Assembly (NCBI GenBank): GCA_951406725.2
Contig: OX597814.1
Span: 44,640,001 to 44,704,000, forward strand
Length of the DNA: 64,000 bases
Reading direction: 5' to 3'
DNA from: Octopus vulgaris
Taxonomy: Eukaryota
This document shows positions 59,711-64,000 of this stretch, in pieces. The position numbers were made by a program, and so were the translations under genes. A model generated the notes under the pieces. The model did not search any database. It was not told where the DNA came from and saw only the letters and a list, made by a program, of their open reading frames with translations. Position 1 is the stretch's first letter. Each line of letters starts with the position of its first letter.

Positions 59711-59982
59711 AGAGGGGGAGTATATATACATATATGTATATATGTATATATAAGGGTATGTATGCATGTGTGTGTATATGTATTATTGATGTTTAATGTT
59801 AATTCGTCTACACTTAATGACCCACTGTGTTAATTTATCAAAATTGATCGGTGATGCTGTATGAGTTGAGATCATTGTATCTTTACTTCTTATGAGAATG
59901 ATATAGATTACCATGTTATTGTTTTTGTATAGTAACGAAAACAACGTAAAGGAAATAATATATGAATGGATGCCTCATGTAT

Positions 59983-60064
<82 letters not shown>

Positions 60065-60094
60065 AATATATACATACATATATATATATATATA

Positions 60095-61040
60095 CTAGCA
60101 GCATAGCCCGGCGTTGCACGGGCATGTAAGAGCCCCTAGTAGGCAACGACTTGCGGCTGCAGCAGCGATTAGCTGAAGTATGCCAAGGTTATGTTGTCTG
60201 GTCATGTTTTGTCTCGTTGACTGCTTGAAGTGGCGGTGTTGGGGGTAAAGTCTCGAATGTAATTTCTTCCTGGTAGGAATTGGTTCACCAAAACTTTGGT
60301 TAGTCTGGAGGTTTCGATGTAATCTTTGCTTTGTATGTGGGATACCTTGAAGATTGAGTCTAGATTTCCTCCTGTGGGTTGAATTATCGACAGCTATTTG
60401 ATAGTTATTTGGGGGAGTAAGAGAGTTAAAGAAGGTCAAGTTGCGTCCCCTAGACAGTCTGTGGTTTGTGTTTAATACACAAATCGGTCCCACATATGAT
60501 TTAATTAACCGATTTTTTCCAGTAATAAAGTATCCTATTGGAATAAAAAGGGCCATATAGCTCCTTGGAGCAGACATGATGCTCGCTGTGAATTTATAAA
60601 AACAATCCTGCCAATTTGTTAAAGATATTGTCGAAAATATTTCATCTTGAATTTGAACGCGATTTCCCAAAATGGCATGATTTTATCGATTTTTTCTGAT
60701 GGTAAGGTATTGCATGGAAAACTAACGGCAGAATTAAGTTTCTTAGGGTAACATTAAGCTTCACCATGAGTTTGGAGAAAATCGATTGCAAGTTGCGAAA
60801 ACTACAACAGAAAATGTGTTACATATGAAAAGCTTAGATTCTCGACCCCATGTCGAATTTATCGATGTTTTTCATAACTGGGGGAACTTTTCAAGATTTT
60901 CTCTGCGTAATTTTTGAATTATGACATTGGGCCATGTGGGTGTCAAGTTTCATCAGAATCGGTTGAAAGCCGTGGTCAGGGTGAGGGTACAACCTGACAG
61001 ACACACAGACAGAGAACCTGTCTTTTATATATGGAGAAGA
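60095..61040 (-). mobile_element. Non-autonomous Helitron
   Basis: Minus strand starts TC(TTCTCCATATATAAAAG) and ends with hairpin CCCGTGCAACGCCGGG then CTAG; inserted between A and T. Confidence 0.78.
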
Positions 61041-61216
61041 TATATATATATTAGTTATCGCCATACTAATATGGCATTCTTATAAAAATAAGAATAAAGC
61101 TGACCGCTTATTAGCTCCATGAGGCCATCGCCTTAAGTTAGCTATTTGATACACAAACTGTATCCATATAACCTTTGAACAAGGGAGGTCAGTCGCTCCA
61201 CACTACTTGGCCGGCA

Positions 61217-61258
61217 GCTACAGACGCGTTTCGGGGTATTGCCCCTTTTCAATGCAGC
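61217..61258 (-). ncRNA. Minimal hammerhead, U3-A8 variant (copy 1)
   Basis: gcugca-UUGAAAA-gggg caaua cccc-GAAA-CGCG-UC-uguagc. Confidence 0.85.
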
Positions 61259-61579
61259 GTAGCCAGACCAGTAGGTGTCGCTTCTGACAATCTCTGTTCA
61301 AAGGTTTTATTTACCTAGCTTCGGTGGAATACATCCACTTGTTTTCAATAATAGAAATATTAAAATTACTAAGTCTCTCTAAAAGAGAACAACGGCAGCG
61401 TTCCCGGAAAATATTAGTTATCGCCATACTAATATGGCATTCTTATAAAAATAAGAATAAAGCTGACCGCTTATTAGCTCCATGAGGCCATCGCCTTAAG
61501 TTAGCTATTTGATACACAAACTGTATCCATATAACCTTTGAACAAGGGAGGTCAGTCGCTCCACACTACTTGGCCGGCA

Positions 61580-61621
61580 GCTACAGACGCGTTTCGGGGT
61601 ATTGCCCCTTTTCAATGCAGC
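61580..61621 (-). ncRNA. Minimal hammerhead, U3-A8 variant (copy 2)
   Basis: Identical to copy 1. Confidence 0.85.
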
Positions 61622-61930
61622 GTAGCCAGACCAGTAGGTGTCGCTTCTGACAATCTCTGTTCAAAGGTTTTATTTACCTAGCTTCGGTGGAATACATCCA
61701 CTTGTTTTCAATAATAGAAATATTAAAATTACTAAGTCTCTCTAAAAGAGAACAACGGCAGCGTTCCCGGAAAATATTAGTTATCGCCATACTAATATGG
61801 CATTCTTTAGAGAGACTTAGTAATTTTAATATTTCTATTATTGAAAACAAGTGGATGTATTCCACCGAAGCTAGGTAAATAAAACCTTTGAACAGAGATT
61901 GTCAGAAGCGACACCTACTGGTCTGGCTAC

Positions 61931-61972
61931 GCTGCATTGAAAAGGGGCAATACCCCGAAACGCGTCTGTAGC
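61931..61972 (+). ncRNA. Minimal hammerhead, U3-A8 variant (inverted copy)
   Basis: gctgcattgaaaaggggcaataccccgaaacgcgtctgtagc. Confidence 0.85.
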
Positions 61973-64000
61973 TGCCGGCCAAGTAGTGTGGAGCGACTGA
62001 CCTCCCTTGTTCAAAGGTTATATGGATACAGTTTGTGTATCAAATAGCTAACTTAAGGCGATGGCCTCATGGAGCTAATAAGCGGTCAGCTTTATTCTTA
62101 TTTTTATAAGAATGCCATATTAATATGGCGATAACTAATATTTTCCGGGAACGCTGCCGTTGTTCTCTTTTAGAGACTTAGAATTAATATTTCTATTATT
62201 GAAAACAAGTGGATGTATCCACCGAACGTAAAAAACCTTGAACAGAGAGACGAAGAATACGAACTCTTAGTAATTTTAATATAATACTAATATATATATA
62301 TATGCCATATGTTGCTCATATGCGTATGTGCATGCATATGTATATGCTTGTATATGTATATATTTGTGTTTACATATATATGCTCACATGTACTACAGAC
62401 AGACACATAGATATAATCTTCTCTGCGGATATCTTTACATAAACGTGTGTCACGATAACTTAGTGATTATCACAAACATTTTGAAACAGTGCAACCACTT
62501 ACTCTCCGCAGAGCTTGTAAAATTTCTTACGTATGTAAATTTGATGGAAACAGGAACATTTTCAGCCTCCTTTTGCGGCTGCCAGAAATATGATGCTCAA
62601 ACGAAACACATAATCATTACTAAAACTATTAAGTATCTGCGATGTTATCAACTGAAAACTTTTACTGATTAAGAAGTACAACGCAGTAAAGATTTTGCGA
62701 TAGATAAAACCACATTAATCATAACATGTATGTCCTATAAATTTCTGTTAATGCGTGTTTCGATGTTAACAATGCCGCTAACTTTTATCGGCGCGAAATT
62801 CTGTTTCAGTTAATGGAAAAGTTAGTCGTTTACATTGCTAAAATTTGCACCTTATAATCAATGAAATGGCCTCTGTTTTACTATTATAGCCATAGAAAGC
62901 AGCTAATGTTAAGGGTGGGAATCTAATTGGTACATGACCACTGAAGCCGGTATCGTAAAGTTAAACGTTGTTTTACTTAGCAATTAGAACTTAATGTTTG
63001 TGAAATTTAGGAATATATTTTGGTAGATTATATAGTAAGTACGTATACGAGTGAGTCAATTTCTTTTCTTTGGCGTTTAAATTTTTCCTTTTGCAGAAGT
63101 CAAGCTGATAACTAAGTTACACTGTATTTTCTTAAGTAAAGGCAACTCTTGGAGTTGTGAATAAATGAATTATTTACAGTATGAATTATTTATTGCATGT
63201 TGGTCTATCACTGGGTAATCCTTTCATTGATGAGTGTGTGTATTACATATCTTTGTGATTTATTACACATGTTTGTAGGCTATATGTACATGTTATTGTG
63301 TGCATATTTTCAATTCTCAAAGGAAGAATCCCAGGAATGATTTATCAATTTTCATCGTTAGATTAATTTATTGCATTTGAAAGAGACGGCGACTTCCACT
63401 AACATTCTGTATTTTTAATGGTGTTGATACATTCAGGCCATGGTATGCCTTCGGTGTGGCCGTTAAGACAATACATCTACATCAAATTTGAAATGGTTTT
63501 AATGAAAATATCATGTTCAATGGGCACTAGTATCTTGCGGGTATTCTAGAAAAGTTGATGATGATATGAGTGAAACCTTCCGTACTTAAATAGAACGGCA
63601 TTTTCTTTCACAACGTGAAATGTGAGATAACAGTTATATTTTCATGATATGTACCCATTCATATCTTTCTGCTGATGTGATGAGAAGTTTCTTTTTTAGT
63701 AGGCTAGTCCGTCTGCATTTGGCTCATATGCAACAAGTATATCCACAGCGAAAATGTTCAGTTCTTCACCTAATCTCATGATATTATTTCCTCCTTTGAG
63801 CATGCACGTACTGTACACATCTCTCTCTTTACTCTTCACGAAATGTCACCTAATTAATACATTGTCACATACTCTGGGGATCTACACTAACCTCAAGCTC
63901 CTACCTGCATCTATTTGCTTATCACATATCATGTACGTTCACTAATGGTACGGAGGTTACCCGTAGTGTTGATTTTCCATTTTGATGTCCAAACCACGGA

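Larger units (their letters stand above)
61051..62250. mobile_element. Retrozyme-like array: two 363-bp tandem units, a partial unit, then an inverted copy
   Basis: Unit starts at 61051, 61414 and 61777; strand switch at ~61806. Confidence 0.92.

Noticed and set aside
60095-60670. 191-aa ORF
   Set aside because: Lies within a non-autonomous Helitron, has no ATG start and no recognisable domain
61051-61807. Possible CRISPR array
   Set aside because: Units are identical 363-bp repeats with no unique spacers, in a eukaryotic context
61674-61878. Mirror-image 63-aa ORFs
   Set aside because: They are a by-product of the inverted repeat

Overview
AT-rich, microsatellite-dense animal DNA with no recognisable intact host gene. 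The repeat complement (tRNA-derived SINEs, Penelope-like elements, mariners) suggests a cephalopod such as Octopus; this is inferred from pattern recognition. The window holds many decayed transposons: an R4/Dong-type non-LTR element ending in (TAA)n, DD41D and DD34D Tc1/mariner elements, Helitron relics, RTE and CR1/L2 LINE pieces, a BEL/Pao relic and several GIY-YIG Penelope-like elements (PLEs). The most interesting signal is non-coding. More than a dozen type I hammerhead ribozyme (HHR) motifs can be read from the sequence, with canonical CUGANGA cores, C3-G8 to U3-A8 covariant cores and CCGAUGA cores, almost all with palindromic stem III. They lie in several unrelated 360-480 nt tandem, terminally redundant or fold-back units, often next to (TA)n tracts. 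Together they look like a retrozyme/PLE pLTR system of self-cleaving, possibly circular RNAs mobilised by PLEs. Coordinates were counted by eye and may be off by a few bases.
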